From an uncultured Chloroflexia bacterium (GTDB lineage: Bacteria > Chloroflexota > Limnocylindria > Limnocylindrales > CSP1-4): a DNA stretch of 64,000 nt. Positions within the stretch are counted from its first letter, which is position 1. Each line of letters opens with the position of its first letter. Shown here piece by piece: positions 30,896 to 39,708 of the stretch. The stretch spans positions 65,430 to 129,429 of the forward strand of contig CAVZOG010000010.1 in NCBI GenBank assembly GCA_963776865.1. The letters run 5' to 3'. A program made the translations under genes and the position numbers. Below the pieces are notes generated by a model. That model made no database searches. It was given only the letters and a program-made list of their open reading frames with translations, and was not told where the DNA came from.

Positions 30896-31007
30896 TCGAG
30901 CCAGCGTACCTCACACCCCGTCCGATGGTCCCGCCCCGGCAGGCTCATTCGGCGCATCGACACCGTCCAGACGCGGCCCTAGCGTGCCCAACCGGAGGAA
31001 CAAATAA

Positions 31008-32877
31008 ATGCCCAAATCGCGCCCCAGCGCGTTGCCGGTCATCGGCGTACTCGCTATCGGTCTCATCTTCAGCCGTCGGCTCGGCAAGTCCGGTCCAGGC
31101 ACGTGATCCCATCCCGCCGCTCGGCGTCTTCGAGCCGACCGAGGGCACGCTCGTGGCCGACCCCGACGTCGTCTGTACGGCAGGTCATTTACCGACCGAC
31201 TGGAAAGACGAATTTCGGCCGCCGAACACTGTTCGGGTGATGCGCAGCAAAGGCCCCAACGCCGGACGCGTTGAGACAGTGCCGTTCTGGAAGTACGTCG
31301 GCGTCGTGCTGCGCGCCGAGTATTCGAGCGGCCAGGACAAGCCTGATCCGTGGATGCGCATGGGCGCCCTGACCGTCAAGCAATACGCCTGGTACAAGAC
31401 CATGTTCTGGGGTGGCGGACGAGTCACTTTCTTGAACCCGGACGGCGTCACGACGACCACCCAGTGCTGGGACGTCAAGGACACCACTGCCGATCAGATC
31501 TACAAGGAAGTAAAGCCCGATCCGAACAATCCCGGCCAATGGATCCTGGCCAATGTCCCGACAAGCGCCAACCTCAAGGCGATGCGCGAGACCTGGCATA
31601 TCTCGATGCGCAAGTGGATGCCCGACAAGCTCAAGAGCCGGCTGTTCCTGAGTGGCTACCGCTCGGGCAAGCAGCTGCCGTGCGGCACCGATTCGACCGG
31701 CTTCAAGATCTATCAGAAGAGCCTGCGCGACTGCGGCGTCAAGGGCATGACCTTTGAAGAGACGATGCGCCGCTACTTCGAGGCGCGGCTCGAGATCGTC
31801 GACGTCCGCGGCCACGACATGGCCAGCGACGGTGGTCCGTGGCGGGGTGACCTCGGCGTTGTCAGCGCCAACGGCGACTGGCGCTTGGCCAAGGGCACCA
31901 CGAGCGGCTTCGAATCCGGTCCGAGCGGGACGTTTGCCGGCCTCGGACAGCTGCTCGGCCAGGGTGTCGGCGAAACAACCGGCGCCACCAATAGCGCAAA
32001 TACCGTCAGCCCCACCTGGGATGACGACCGGCTGTATGCCGACTTGATCATGTTGGTCAACGACGGCGGGACCAAGAAGCTCAAGGTGGCGCGGGCGACT
32101 GGTTCGGGCTTCGAGGCTCCGACCTCGACGAACGTCGCCTCCGATACAGCGGCACTCGTCGTCGATGACTTCAACGGAGACCGGCTGGCCGACGCCGGCC
32201 TGCTGTCCACGACCTCGCCGGGCAACGCCAAGCTCGTCGTGATGCGCAGCGCAGGCAATGGCACGTTCGGCAGCCCGATCGACTATTGGAGCGGCGCACT
32301 CGACCTCAACGCGAGCGGCGTATTCGTTGCGGCCGGCGATGTCAACGGCGACGGCAAGGCCGATCTGATCATGCGCGACGGATCCGGCGGCTACCGAGTC
32401 GCACCATCGTTCGCCAGCTGTGCCAGCTTCGCCAACTGGGGCGCGTGCCAGAACGTGCCTGGAACCGGTCTCGGAGCAGCCACTGCGTGGTATGCCTCAC
32501 CGAGCTGGGATGTCGACGATGCCCGTCACACGGTCACGGACTACGACCGTGATGGGCGTTCCGATCTGATTGTCGTCAAGGCGAGCGGCGCAGGCATCGA
32601 GGTCGTGGCGCTGCGTGCGCGGGCCGAGAACAACTTCGCCGATCCGGACCAGCTATGGCAGGGCGCCGGCAACGTGGCCGACACCATGGCCGTTGGCCAG
32701 GACGTCGATGTGGACGGCCTCGGCGACATGGTCCTGGTGGTCAAGGACGGCACTGGAACTGACGCAACGTGGCTGCGATCCGTCGCCAGGACGACGAGCG
32801 ACTACACGTCGGCCAGGATGACCTCGACCACGACATTTGACCTCGGCGTGACCTGGGCCGGCGCACGACCCTTCTAG
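31008..32877 (+). CDS. Secreted FG-GAP/VCBS-repeat protein with an uncharacterised N-terminal domain; frameshifted as assembled
   Basis: GGAGGAA lies 7 nt upstream of ATG 31008. The signal peptide MPKSRPSALPVIGVLAIGLIF continues as SAVGSASPVQA/RD in the frame of ORF 30925..32877, with the junction at ~31062-31072. Four DxDxDG-type repeats are present: DDFNGDRLAD, GDVNGDGKADL, DYDRDGRSDL and DVDVDGLGDM. Confidence 0.7.
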
Positions 32878-33230
32878 GTCGGGTCGCTCGCCACCCAGTC
32901 GCGCCACTCCTTCTCGGCGAGGCCGACCGTCAGCCGATTTCCGCTCCGGATGAGCGGCAGGACAAGCAATGATTGGTCGGCCAGCAGCCGGCTGACGATG
33001 CCCTCATCGTCAAGGCTCATGTAGGCCAGCCCCTGTTCGCGGTACGACCGCGCGCTCTCGTCGACGAGAGCGCGCGGAGAGAGGCGCTCACTGAAGCGGC
33101 GCAGCTCAGCGGGCGCCATCTGCCGTTGAGCGAGATTTACAAAGCTGACCGGGATCCGCCGCTCACGAAAGAAACGCAGCGCCTTCTGCGTCGCGCGCGA
33201 GTCAGAACGCCCGAATAGCTGGACGTCGAT
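32874..33230 (-). CDS. ArsC/Spx-fold family protein lacking the redox cysteines; no canonical start codon
   Basis: IDVQLFGRSDSRATQKALRFFRERRIPVSF..LLVLPLIRSGNRLTVG aligns with Spx/ArsC N-termini (CxxC replaced by SRAT). The first ATG (33119) would delete the first ~37 aa of the fold. Only ATC 33230 lies at the expected position. Confidence 0.55.
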   Translation of the reverse strand: MDVQLFGRSDSRATQKALRFFRERRIPVSFVNLAQRQMAPAELRRFSERLSPRALVDESARSYREQGLAYMSLDDEGIVSRLLADQSLLVLPLIRSGNRLTVGLAEKEWRDWVASDPT

Positions 33231-33251
33231 TGAAGCCCGTCCCGCAGGAGC

Positions 33252-33590
33252 TCAGGCGGCCTGCTTGGTTCGCCGCCGGCCGCGCTTGGAGCGACGATCG
33301 TCCGTGGCGAGTCCGACCAGCCAGCCGCGTTCTGACTTGCGAACGACGATTTCCTTGCCCGCTTCGTCGGCGGCCTTCATCAGCCGCTGGCGAATTGTGA
33401 GTGGCTTCTCGTTGCTGTCGAGGCGCACCTCGAATACGGCGTCGCGATCTGTGATCTTGGACAGCATGCGCACGAACTGGCGGTGCTGCGCCTGGCGAGC
33501 GGCGGCGGCTGGGCTGAGCTCACGGGATCGCGCCGCTGATGTCTTCGGCTTGTCGAGCATTGCAACGTCAACCTGTCGGATCTTGACCAT
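33252..33590 (-). CDS. Hypothetical basic 112-aa protein
   Basis: ORF with an ATG start and Arg/Lys-rich C-terminus (RRSKRGRRRTKQAA). I do not recognise a family. Confidence 0.45.
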   Translation of the reverse strand: MVKIRQVDVAMLDKPKTSAARSRELSPAAAARQAQHRQFVRMLSKITDRDAVFEVRLDSNEKPLTIRQRLMKAADEAGKEIVVRKSERGWLVGLATDDRRSKRGRRRTKQAA

Positions 33591-33630
33591 GACTTACCTC
33601 GCGGGCTGGCACTATCGCTGTGTTCACGGC

Positions 33631-33643
33631 TGTGAAATTCACA
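33631..33643. promoter_or_regulatory. Perfect palindrome TGTGAA-A-TTCACA in a divergent, lower-G+C intergenic region
   Basis: Seen at 33631-33643. An additional TTCAC (33623-33627) pairs with GTGAA (33632-33636). Lies between the hypothetical gene (start 33590, minus) and the LLM gene (start 33704, plus). Confidence 0.45.
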
Positions 33644-33703
33644 ACGATCGAAAATGACTTTGTTGGTGACATATTAACGACGCGACCAAGGAGGGTCGGA
33701 GAT

Positions 33704-34609
33704 TTGAAGGTCGGCATCATCGCTCCGCAGGGTTGGACCGGCGAATACAGAGGCTGGCCGCCTGGTGACGCGTGGGCTCGAACGCGCGACGTGGCTCGCC
33801 AGGCGGAGGCACTTGGCTTCGAGTCGATCTGGCTGTTCGATCACTTTCATACCGTTCCACGGCCGACTCTCGAGATCACCTTCGAAGCATTCACGACGCT
33901 CGCTGCGCTGGCTGCGGAGACACGCCGCGTTCGCCTCGGGCACGTCGTTCTGTGCGCCGCATATCGCAATCCGGCACTGACCACCAAGATGATTTCGACG
34001 CTCGACGTAATCAGTGGCGGCCGTCTTGAATTTGGCCTCGGCGCCGGCTGGAAACGCGACGAATGGCGGGCCTACGGCTACGGCTTTCCGGACGCGCGCG
34101 AGCGACTGGCGATGTTGCGCGATCAACTCGAGATCGCGCGCGCGATGATGACCGAGGACTACGCCACGTTCGAGGGCAAGCACAACAGCGTCACGAAGGC
34201 GATCAACCGGCCGCAGCCGACACAGCAGCCAAGGGTGCCGATCATGGTCGGAGGCAACGGCCCCAACGTCACCTGGCGGCTGGCGGCGCGCTACGCCGAC
34301 GAGCTGAACGTCGATGGCATGACGCCGGCTGATGTAGCGAAGGCCTTGCCGGTGATACACAGCCGCTGCGACGAGATAGGCCGCGATCCTGCCTCCTTGA
34401 CGGTCTCCGTCCATGTCTGGTGGGACCAGCTGAGCGCCACAGGAAGAGAGCGCGCCGATCTTCTTGGCGCGTACCGCGAGCTGGGAATCAGCCGGGTGAT
34501 CGGCATGATCCGCGAGTCGGTCGACAGCGACGAGGCACTCGCCAGCTACGCCGATGACGCTCGTGCGGGCGGGGCCGAACTCGAGGACAGCCTGGCCATC
34601 GGCGCATGA
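33704..34609 (+). CDS. Luciferase-like (LLM class, F420-type) oxidoreductase
   Basis: TTG 33704 is preceded by AAGGAGGG (33688-33695). Reads LKVGIIAPQG..IWLFDHF..GGRLEFGLGAGWKRDEW. Confidence 0.85.
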   Translation: MKVGIIAPQGWTGEYRGWPPGDAWARTRDVARQAEALGFESIWLFDHFHTVPRPTLEITFEAFTTLAALAAETRRVRLGHVVLCAAYRNPALTTKMISTLDVISGGRLEFGLGAGWKRDEWRAYGYGFPDARERLAMLRDQLEIARAMMTEDYATFEGKHNSVTKAINRPQPTQQPRVPIMVGGNGPNVTWRLAARYADELNVDGMTPADVAKALPVIHSRCDEIGRDPASLTVSVHVWWDQLSATGRERADLLGAYRELGISRVIGMIRESVDSDEALASYADDARAGGAELEDSLAIGA

Positions 34610-34634
34610 CGCCAGGTTTCGATACCGTGGGGGC

Positions 34635-36041
34635 GTGACGGGCCTCCTGCATCTCCGGGCTGTGCGTCGCCTGGCGTGGGCGGCAATGACGGCCGCCATC
34701 CTTCCCCTGGCCGTGCCGGGTGCCGCGCTCGGGCACCAGATCACGGACAAGTACCAGGCTCCGTTGCCGCTCGTCGTCTATCTTGCCGGCGCCGCGTTCG
34801 CGGTGGCCATGTCGTTCGTCTTCGTCATCTTCCGCGGCTCGCGCCCGCCGCGCATCGAGACGGCCTCCAAGCCACGCACGGTGCCCGGCTGGCTGCGCGT
34901 GACGCTCCAGGCGATCGGGCTCATCGCCTGGCTGTGGATCGTCGTGCAGACGCTGCTCGGCGGCTCGGGTGACGGCGACGTCGCGTCGCTCTTCCTGTGG
35001 ACGTACGGCTGGGTCGGTTTGGCATTGATCAGCGCTTTCGTCGGGCCCGTGTGGTCGTGGATCGACCCCTTCAGCACGATCCACCGCCTGCTCGGACGCG
35101 TCGGGAGCCTGATGGGAATGGACGGATCGGAGCCGGCCGAGTATCCCGAGCGGCTCGGCCGCTGGCCGGCGGTTATCGGTTTGGCCGGCGTCATCTGGCT
35201 CGAGCTCGCCGCGCGTTTGGACGGCGGCCGGACGCTCGGACTGCTGCTGATCGCCTACACGCTGCTCACGGTCGCCGGCATGTCGTACTTCGGGCGTGAG
35301 CAATGGCGCTCACGGGCCGAGATATTCAGCGTCTGGTTCGGGCTTCTCGGACGGCTCGCGCCGTTCGGCCTGGACGGCGAGCCAGAGGCGGGTCGGGTGC
35401 GGCGTCGCTCGTTCGCATCGGGCCTGATCACCTCGGTCTGGACCAACGCCGACCTCGCTCTCGTCACCCTCGGCGTGGGATCGATCATCTTCGACGGCCT
35501 GTCGCAGACGCAGCTCTATTTCGACGTGTTCGTGATCAGCGGCGCCTTCGGCACCGGCGTCGCGCGCGAGACGATCGCGCTGGTCGCTTTCATCGGCCTG
35601 CTGATGGCAGTCGTTTTCGGCGTGGCGCGCCGGCTGGGCGTGGATGCCCTGGGGGCAGGGCTGTTGCCGGTCGCGGTCGGATACCTGATCGCGCACTACC
35701 TGTCGTTCCTGCTCGTCGACGGCCAGCGTCTGCTCGCCGCCCTGAACGACCCGCTGCTGCAGGGTGCCAACCTGCTGCCATTCGACCTCGGATTCTGGGA
35801 GCCGACGCTCTTCCTGCCGACGGCAGTGCTGTGGAGCATCCAGCTCGGCGCCGTGGTCGGCGGCCACATCGTCGGCGCATGGGCCGGTCACGCGGTCCTG
35901 GCGTCGCATGTCGGGAGCGAGCGTGCCACGGCCCTGATCCAACTGCCGCTCGCGGCTTTGATGGTCGTGCTGACCACGATCACGCTCTGGTCGCTCGGGC
36001 AGGCAGTGCTGCTCGAGGACGCGGTCGCCCTGGCTCGATGA
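34635..36041 (+). CDS. Polytopic membrane protein of unknown function; start uncertain
   Basis: The signal-like N-terminus LAWAAMTAAILPLAVPGAALG is followed by HQITDKY. About 11 hydrophobic segments. The stop overlaps the next start (ATGA 36038-36041). Confidence 0.55.
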   Translation: MTGLLHLRAVRRLAWAAMTAAILPLAVPGAALGHQITDKYQAPLPLVVYLAGAAFAVAMSFVFVIFRGSRPPRIETASKPRTVPGWLRVTLQAIGLIAWLWIVVQTLLGGSGDGDVASLFLWTYGWVGLALISAFVGPVWSWIDPFSTIHRLLGRVGSLMGMDGSEPAEYPERLGRWPAVIGLAGVIWLELAARLDGGRTLGLLLIAYTLLTVAGMSYFGREQWRSRAEIFSVWFGLLGRLAPFGLDGEPEAGRVRRRSFASGLITSVWTNADLALVTLGVGSIIFDGLSQTQLYFDVFVISGAFGTGVARETIALVAFIGLLMAVVFGVARRLGVDALGAGLLPVAVGYLIAHYLSFLLVDGQRLLAALNDPLLQGANLLPFDLGFWEPTLFLPTAVLWSIQLGAVVGGHIVGAWAGHAVLASHVGSERATALIQLPLAALMVVLTTITLWSLGQAVLLEDAVALAR

Positions 36042-36958
36042 TTTCCGCGAGGATCGATCCTCCCCTGGAGCGACGGCTGAGCGTAGGCCCCGACATTGAC
36101 CCGCTCGGGACGATCGCGGCGCTGTGGCAGGGCCCGGGCGATCCGCAGATGCGGTTGACCGGGCATGGCGCGATGCGCGCGATGCGATTGCGGACCGGTC
36201 CGACGACGATCGCGTTCGGGTGTGTCGGGCTGGAGGTGGATATCAGAGCGTGGGGTCCCGGCGCCGCCGAGGCGCTCGAGATCGCACCGGGTCTGATCGG
36301 CCTTCGCGACGACGCAAGCCGCCTCGCCGCCCATCATCCCGTGGTCGCCGAGCTGGTCCGGCGTCTGCCCGGCCTGCGCCTGACGCGCGGCGGCCCCGTG
36401 ATGGAGTCGCTCGTGCCGTCGATCCTGGGCCAGAAGGTGACCGGCACGGAGGCGCGCCATGGTCACCGTGAGCTGCTGATTCGCCACGGCGAAGCGGCGC
36501 CCGGCCCGTTCGGTTTGCGGTTGCCACCGCCGCCCGAGAAGCTGGCCCGAATGCCGTACTGGGCATTCCACTCGCTTGGCGTCGAGCGTCGCCGGGCGGA
36601 CGCGATCCGGGCGGCGGCGGCCGTCGCGCCTGCGCTCGAGCGCATCCGCGACCTGCCTGCCGACGAGGGACGCCGCCGACTGCTTGCAGTGCCCGGAATT
36701 GGACCGTGGACGGCGGCGGAGACGATGCGCCTGGCCCTCGGCGACCCTGACGCGGTCAGCGTCGGCGACTTCCACCTGCCTCGGCTGGTCGGCTGGGCGC
36801 TGGCCCGCGAGCGGTACGCGGACGATGCGCGGATGCTCGAGCTGCTCGAGCCATACCTGGGCCAGCGCGCGCGGGTGGTGCTGCTGCTCGAGCACGGCGG
36901 CATCCGCGTGGAACGGCACGGCCCGCGCCTCTCGCCGCGGTCGATCGCCGCGATCTAG
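36038..36958 (+). CDS. HhH-GPD DNA glycosylase (AlkA-like 3-methyladenine DNA glycosylase II)
   Basis: ILGQKVTGTEA.. then LLAVPGIGPWTAETMRLALGDPDAVSVGD (helix-hairpin-helix plus catalytic Asp). Confidence 0.7.
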   Translation: MISARIDPPLERRLSVGPDIDPLGTIAALWQGPGDPQMRLTGHGAMRAMRLRTGPTTIAFGCVGLEVDIRAWGPGAAEALEIAPGLIGLRDDASRLAAHHPVVAELVRRLPGLRLTRGGPVMESLVPSILGQKVTGTEARHGHRELLIRHGEAAPGPFGLRLPPPPEKLARMPYWAFHSLGVERRRADAIRAAAAVAPALERIRDLPADEGRRRLLAVPGIGPWTAAETMRLALGDPDAVSVGDFHLPRLVGWALARERYADDARMLELLEPYLGQRARVVLLLEHGGIRVERHGPRLSPRSIAAI

Positions 36959-36977
36959 CCCCGCGGTCCAGCGGCTC

Positions 36978-36996
36978 GCCCGCGACCAGCGCGGGC
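36978..36996. terminator. Stem-loop between convergent genes (candidate bidirectional terminator)
   Basis: GCCCGCG-ACCAG-CGCGGGC: a 7-bp G+C stem lying between stop 36958 (+) and stop 37004 (-). Confidence 0.4.
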
Positions 36997-37003
36997 ATCG
37001 ACT

Positions 37004-37213
37004 TCAGCCGGTCGCCAGTGTCGTCGGCGGCTCCTCGATCAGCGCGATGGCGATCTCGATCTCGGCGACCTCCTCGGCCGCTGCGCGGTACTCGTCGCTA
37101 CCCAGGGACGCAGCCTCGCGCCGCGCGCGTGCAACGCGGTGGCGCTCCATGAGCGATTCGCGCGTGGCCGCGGGTTTTGCCGGTGCGCGTCGGGCTTGCT
37201 TCTCGCCGGTCAT
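37004..37213 (-). CDS. Small (69 aa) helical protein of unknown function
   Basis: ATG 37213 overlaps the PrsW stop (ATGA). Reads MTGEKQARRAPAKP..LMERHRVARARREAASLGSDEYRAAAEEVAEIE. Confidence 0.5.
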   Translation of the reverse strand: MTGEKQARRAPAKPAATRESLMERHRVARARREAASLGSDEYRAAAEEVAEIEIAIALIEEPPTTLATG

Positions 37214-38730
37214 GTCAGCGCCAACAATAGTCGGCCGTCGACCCAGCCGATCCAACCATTCGAGCCCATCACGCGCGACCATGCGCCCTGCTGCTCGACG
37301 ATGCTCAGCTGCACTCCGGCGGCGAGGGTGACGGTCGGCGGCCGGCTCGGATCCGGCGCCTCCCACGAGGCCATGCCGGTCGCCGGGACGACGTGCGTCG
37401 GCGCCCAAGGTGTCGTTCCGGCAGCGGCGACCGGCACGCCGGCCGTCATCGCGCCGGCAACGGGTGCCGCCATGACGGGCGCAGCTGGTCGCGCCACGTC
37501 CGGCAGGGCGCTCAGCTGGGCGCGCACGGCACGGATCCGCTCGCGCTGGGCGACCACGTTCGGATCATCGTCGCTCCCCGCGCGCGATCGGATCATTGCC
37601 AGGTTGATCTGCTCGCGCTGGAGCTGGCCCTGCAGCTTCGATCCAGGTGCGCCTTTCCTGGCGCCCATCGCGCGCCGCGCCGTCCAGCGGCTGCGCAGTC
37701 CGCCGAGCTGGGCGAGCTCCTCATTGGTCAGCACGTCCGTGCCGACGTCGGCCGATGTCAGAGTGCTGAACCACTTCTTCTCGCGCCTCGTCGCCAGGTA
37801 GACGAGGGCCACGAGGAAGCCGAGGAAGGGCAGGCCCTTGATGATGCCGAACAGGAAGATGCCGCCGTAGTTCGTCAGCAGCTCACCCAAAAGCGGCGAG
37901 TTCCAGATGAAGTGGGCGACGATGGCGAGCACGAACAGCCCCACCGCGACCGCGATTCGCTTGCCGCGCGGCTGGTCGCGCTGGGTGACGTAATAGGCGA
38001 AGCCGACACCGGCCAGTCCGGTCCACATGACGTGCATGTACGCGCCGACCAGGATCGAGCGGAGCACGAACATGCCGATCACGGGGCCGATCTGGTCGGC
38101 GCCACCGGCCGCCGCGACGGCCTGGATGAAGTACTGCACGTTCTCGACCGCGGCGAAGCCAAGGCCGACCAGCGCGCCGTACACGAAGCCGTCGAACAGG
38201 TCGTCGAACTCGTTTCGCGCGATGAGGTAGATGACCACCACGCCGAGGTATTTGAACGTCTCTTCAACGGGTGGCGCAACGATCGCCGCGCCCCACGTCT
38301 GGGCAAGGTTGGGGCCGAACAGCTTGGCGAGTGATTCGAGGAAGGCGGTGTTGACCGTCACCGCCAGGCCGATGGCAACCACGCCACCCCACACGAAGGC
38401 GGCGATGACGAGCGAGATCGGCTCCCGCTCGAACAGGTCGAGCAGCCAGATAGCGACTGCGATCGGTACGACGTAGACGGTCAGCAGGACGATGCTGAAG
38501 ATCCAGCCGGCCGAGAAGTTCTGCAGGTAGAAGAGCTGCTCGGTCAGCACTGTCAGCGTCGTGAACAGCAGCAGCACCGCGAACAGCCAGAAGGCCGGCT
38601 GGCGGCGTTGGAAGAAGCCCGTCTGGACGCCCCAGCGTGGAAGCTCGGGCGGCGCCGGCTGAGACGGCCCCGGCGGTGGAGCGATGACGGTCGGTGGCGG
38701 CGGGAGCGTGCCTGCCTGGTCGGTCATCAC
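37210..38730 (-). CDS. PrsW-family intramembrane protease with a C-terminal SH3-like domain
   Basis: PPVEETFKYLG (EExxK), FVYGALVGLGFAAVENVQYF, HVMWTG and HFIWN are spread across at least 8 TM segments. The tail ..VQLSIVEQQGAWSRVMGSNGWIGWVDGRLL is SH3-like. The start overlaps the upstream stop (GTGATGA). Confidence 0.8.
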   Translation of the reverse strand: MMTDQAGTLPPPPTVIAPPPGPSQPAPPELPRWGVQTGFFQRRQPAFWLFAVLLLFTTLTVLTEQLFYLQNFSAGWIFSIVLLTVYVVPIAVAIWLLDLFEREPISLVIAAFVWGGVVAIGLAVTVNTAFLESLAKLFGPNLAQTWGAAIVAPPVEETFKYLGVVVIYLIARNEFDDLFDGFVYGALVGLGFAAVENVQYFIQAVAAAGGADQIGPVIGMFVLRSILVGAYMHVMWTGLAGVGFAYYVTQRDQPRGKRIAVAVGLFVLAIVAHFIWNSPLLGELLTNYGGIFLFGIIKGLPFLGFLVALVYLATRREKKWFSTLTSADVGTDVLTNEELAQLGGLRSRWTARRAMGARKGAPGSKLQGQLQREQINLAMIRSRAGSDDDPNVVAQRERIRAVRAQLSALPDVARPAAPVMAAPVAGAMTAGVPVAAAGTTPWAPTHVVPATGMASWEAPDPSRPPTVTLAAGVQLSIVEQQGAWSRVMGSNGWIGWVDGRLLLALT

Positions 38731-39605
38731 TGCACCTGCAGGTTGTCGATCATCCGTTCGGCTTCAGGCAGCAGCGGTCGCAGGTTGCCCGTGCCGGACC
38801 AGACGTCAAATATGAAGCCCTGGGTCGGGTCGGTGACCATCGTCGTCACCTCGCCCTCGACCTGGTTCTGGCCGAAGACGCCGGTGTAGGTGCCACGCGC
38901 ACCGGAGAACCCGTTGCCGACCTGGACCTGGTTTGGCTGCGTCGCCGCCAGCCCGTCCGCCTGCCCGCGCATGCTGTCGATATACGAGTTGTAGACGGTC
39001 GCCGCGTCAGCCTGGCCGTTGAGCGTGGCGCTGAAGACGTCCATCACGACGCCGCCTTTGACCAGCCGCACGATGATGTTGCTGCCGGGGACCTCCTGCG
39101 GCACCCAGCCGCTTTCGACCGGGATGCGCAGCGGCCCGACGGTCATCACCGAGCCAGGCGGCAACGGCGTCGAAACAGGGTCGCCAGGCCCGGGAGCGAG
39201 CGTCGCTATCGGCGCCGGACCTGTCGGACCGGGGCCCACCGGGCCCGGGTTGCCGGGCCCGACGGCAGACACCGGGATCACCGCATTGATGATCTGGGCA
39301 CCGAAGAACAGAGCGACGATGATGCCGGCCACGATCAGCGTCGGCCTGATGCCGGCTGGGTCGAACTGGCTGAACAGAGTTCGCGCCTGTCCAGCCGCGT
39401 CGAATGCCGGACCAGGTGGTGGCGGGGGCGGTACGGCCGACGGGGCCGTGGGTGGAGGCGGAGGAACGGCCGGCGGGGCCGGCGGCGCGACAGCGGGCGG
39501 TGGCGGCACTTCGGCCGCAGCAGACACGGGCGCGGGCTGGGCTTCCGCCGGATTTGGATCGGCCGGTGCGCCCCCGGCGGCCGATGGCGGCGGATCAGTG
39601 CTCAT
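38727..39605 (-). CDS. Single-pass membrane protein with a Pro-rich cytoplasmic tail and an ~150-aa extracytoplasmic domain
   Basis: 292 aa. PPPP-rich N-terminus, TM segment TLIVAGIIVALFFGAQIINAVI, a Pro/Gly linker, then a globular region with no motif I can name. Confidence 0.55.
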   Translation of the reverse strand: MSTDPPPSAAGGAPADPNPAEAQPAPVSAAAEVPPPPAVAPPAPPAVPPPPPTAPSAVPPPPPPGPAFDAAGQARTLFSQFDPAGIRPTLIVAGIIVALFFGAQIINAVIPVSAVGPGNPGPVGPGPTGPAPIATLAPGPGDPVSTPLPPGSVMTVGPLRIPVESGWVPQEVPGSNIIVRLVKGGVVMDVFSATLNGQADAATVYNSYIDSMRGQADGLAATQPNQVQVGNGFSGARGTYTGVFGQNQVEGEVTTMVTDPTQGFIFDVWSGTGNLRPLLPEAERMIDNLQVQ

Positions 39606-39708
39606 CGATGGCGGACTTTAGCAGCACCGGGCGGCGCTTATGGCGCAATTTCTTCTGTCGGATGGCCGGACCCGTGGCCTTGCCGCGCGGGATGCAACAA
39701 TCGGCCCA

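Noticed and set aside
29624-30982. 452-aa plus-strand ORF
   Set aside because: It is entirely antisense to the Rieske oxygenase gene, which has clear Rieske and catalytic motifs. The antisense product is low-complexity Arg/Val/Asp-rich.
36746-36758. A CTGAC-GCG-GTCAG palindrome resembling the repeat core
   Set aside because: It lies inside the AlkA-like coding sequence, occurs as a single copy and has different spacing. It is most likely chance in G+C-rich DNA.
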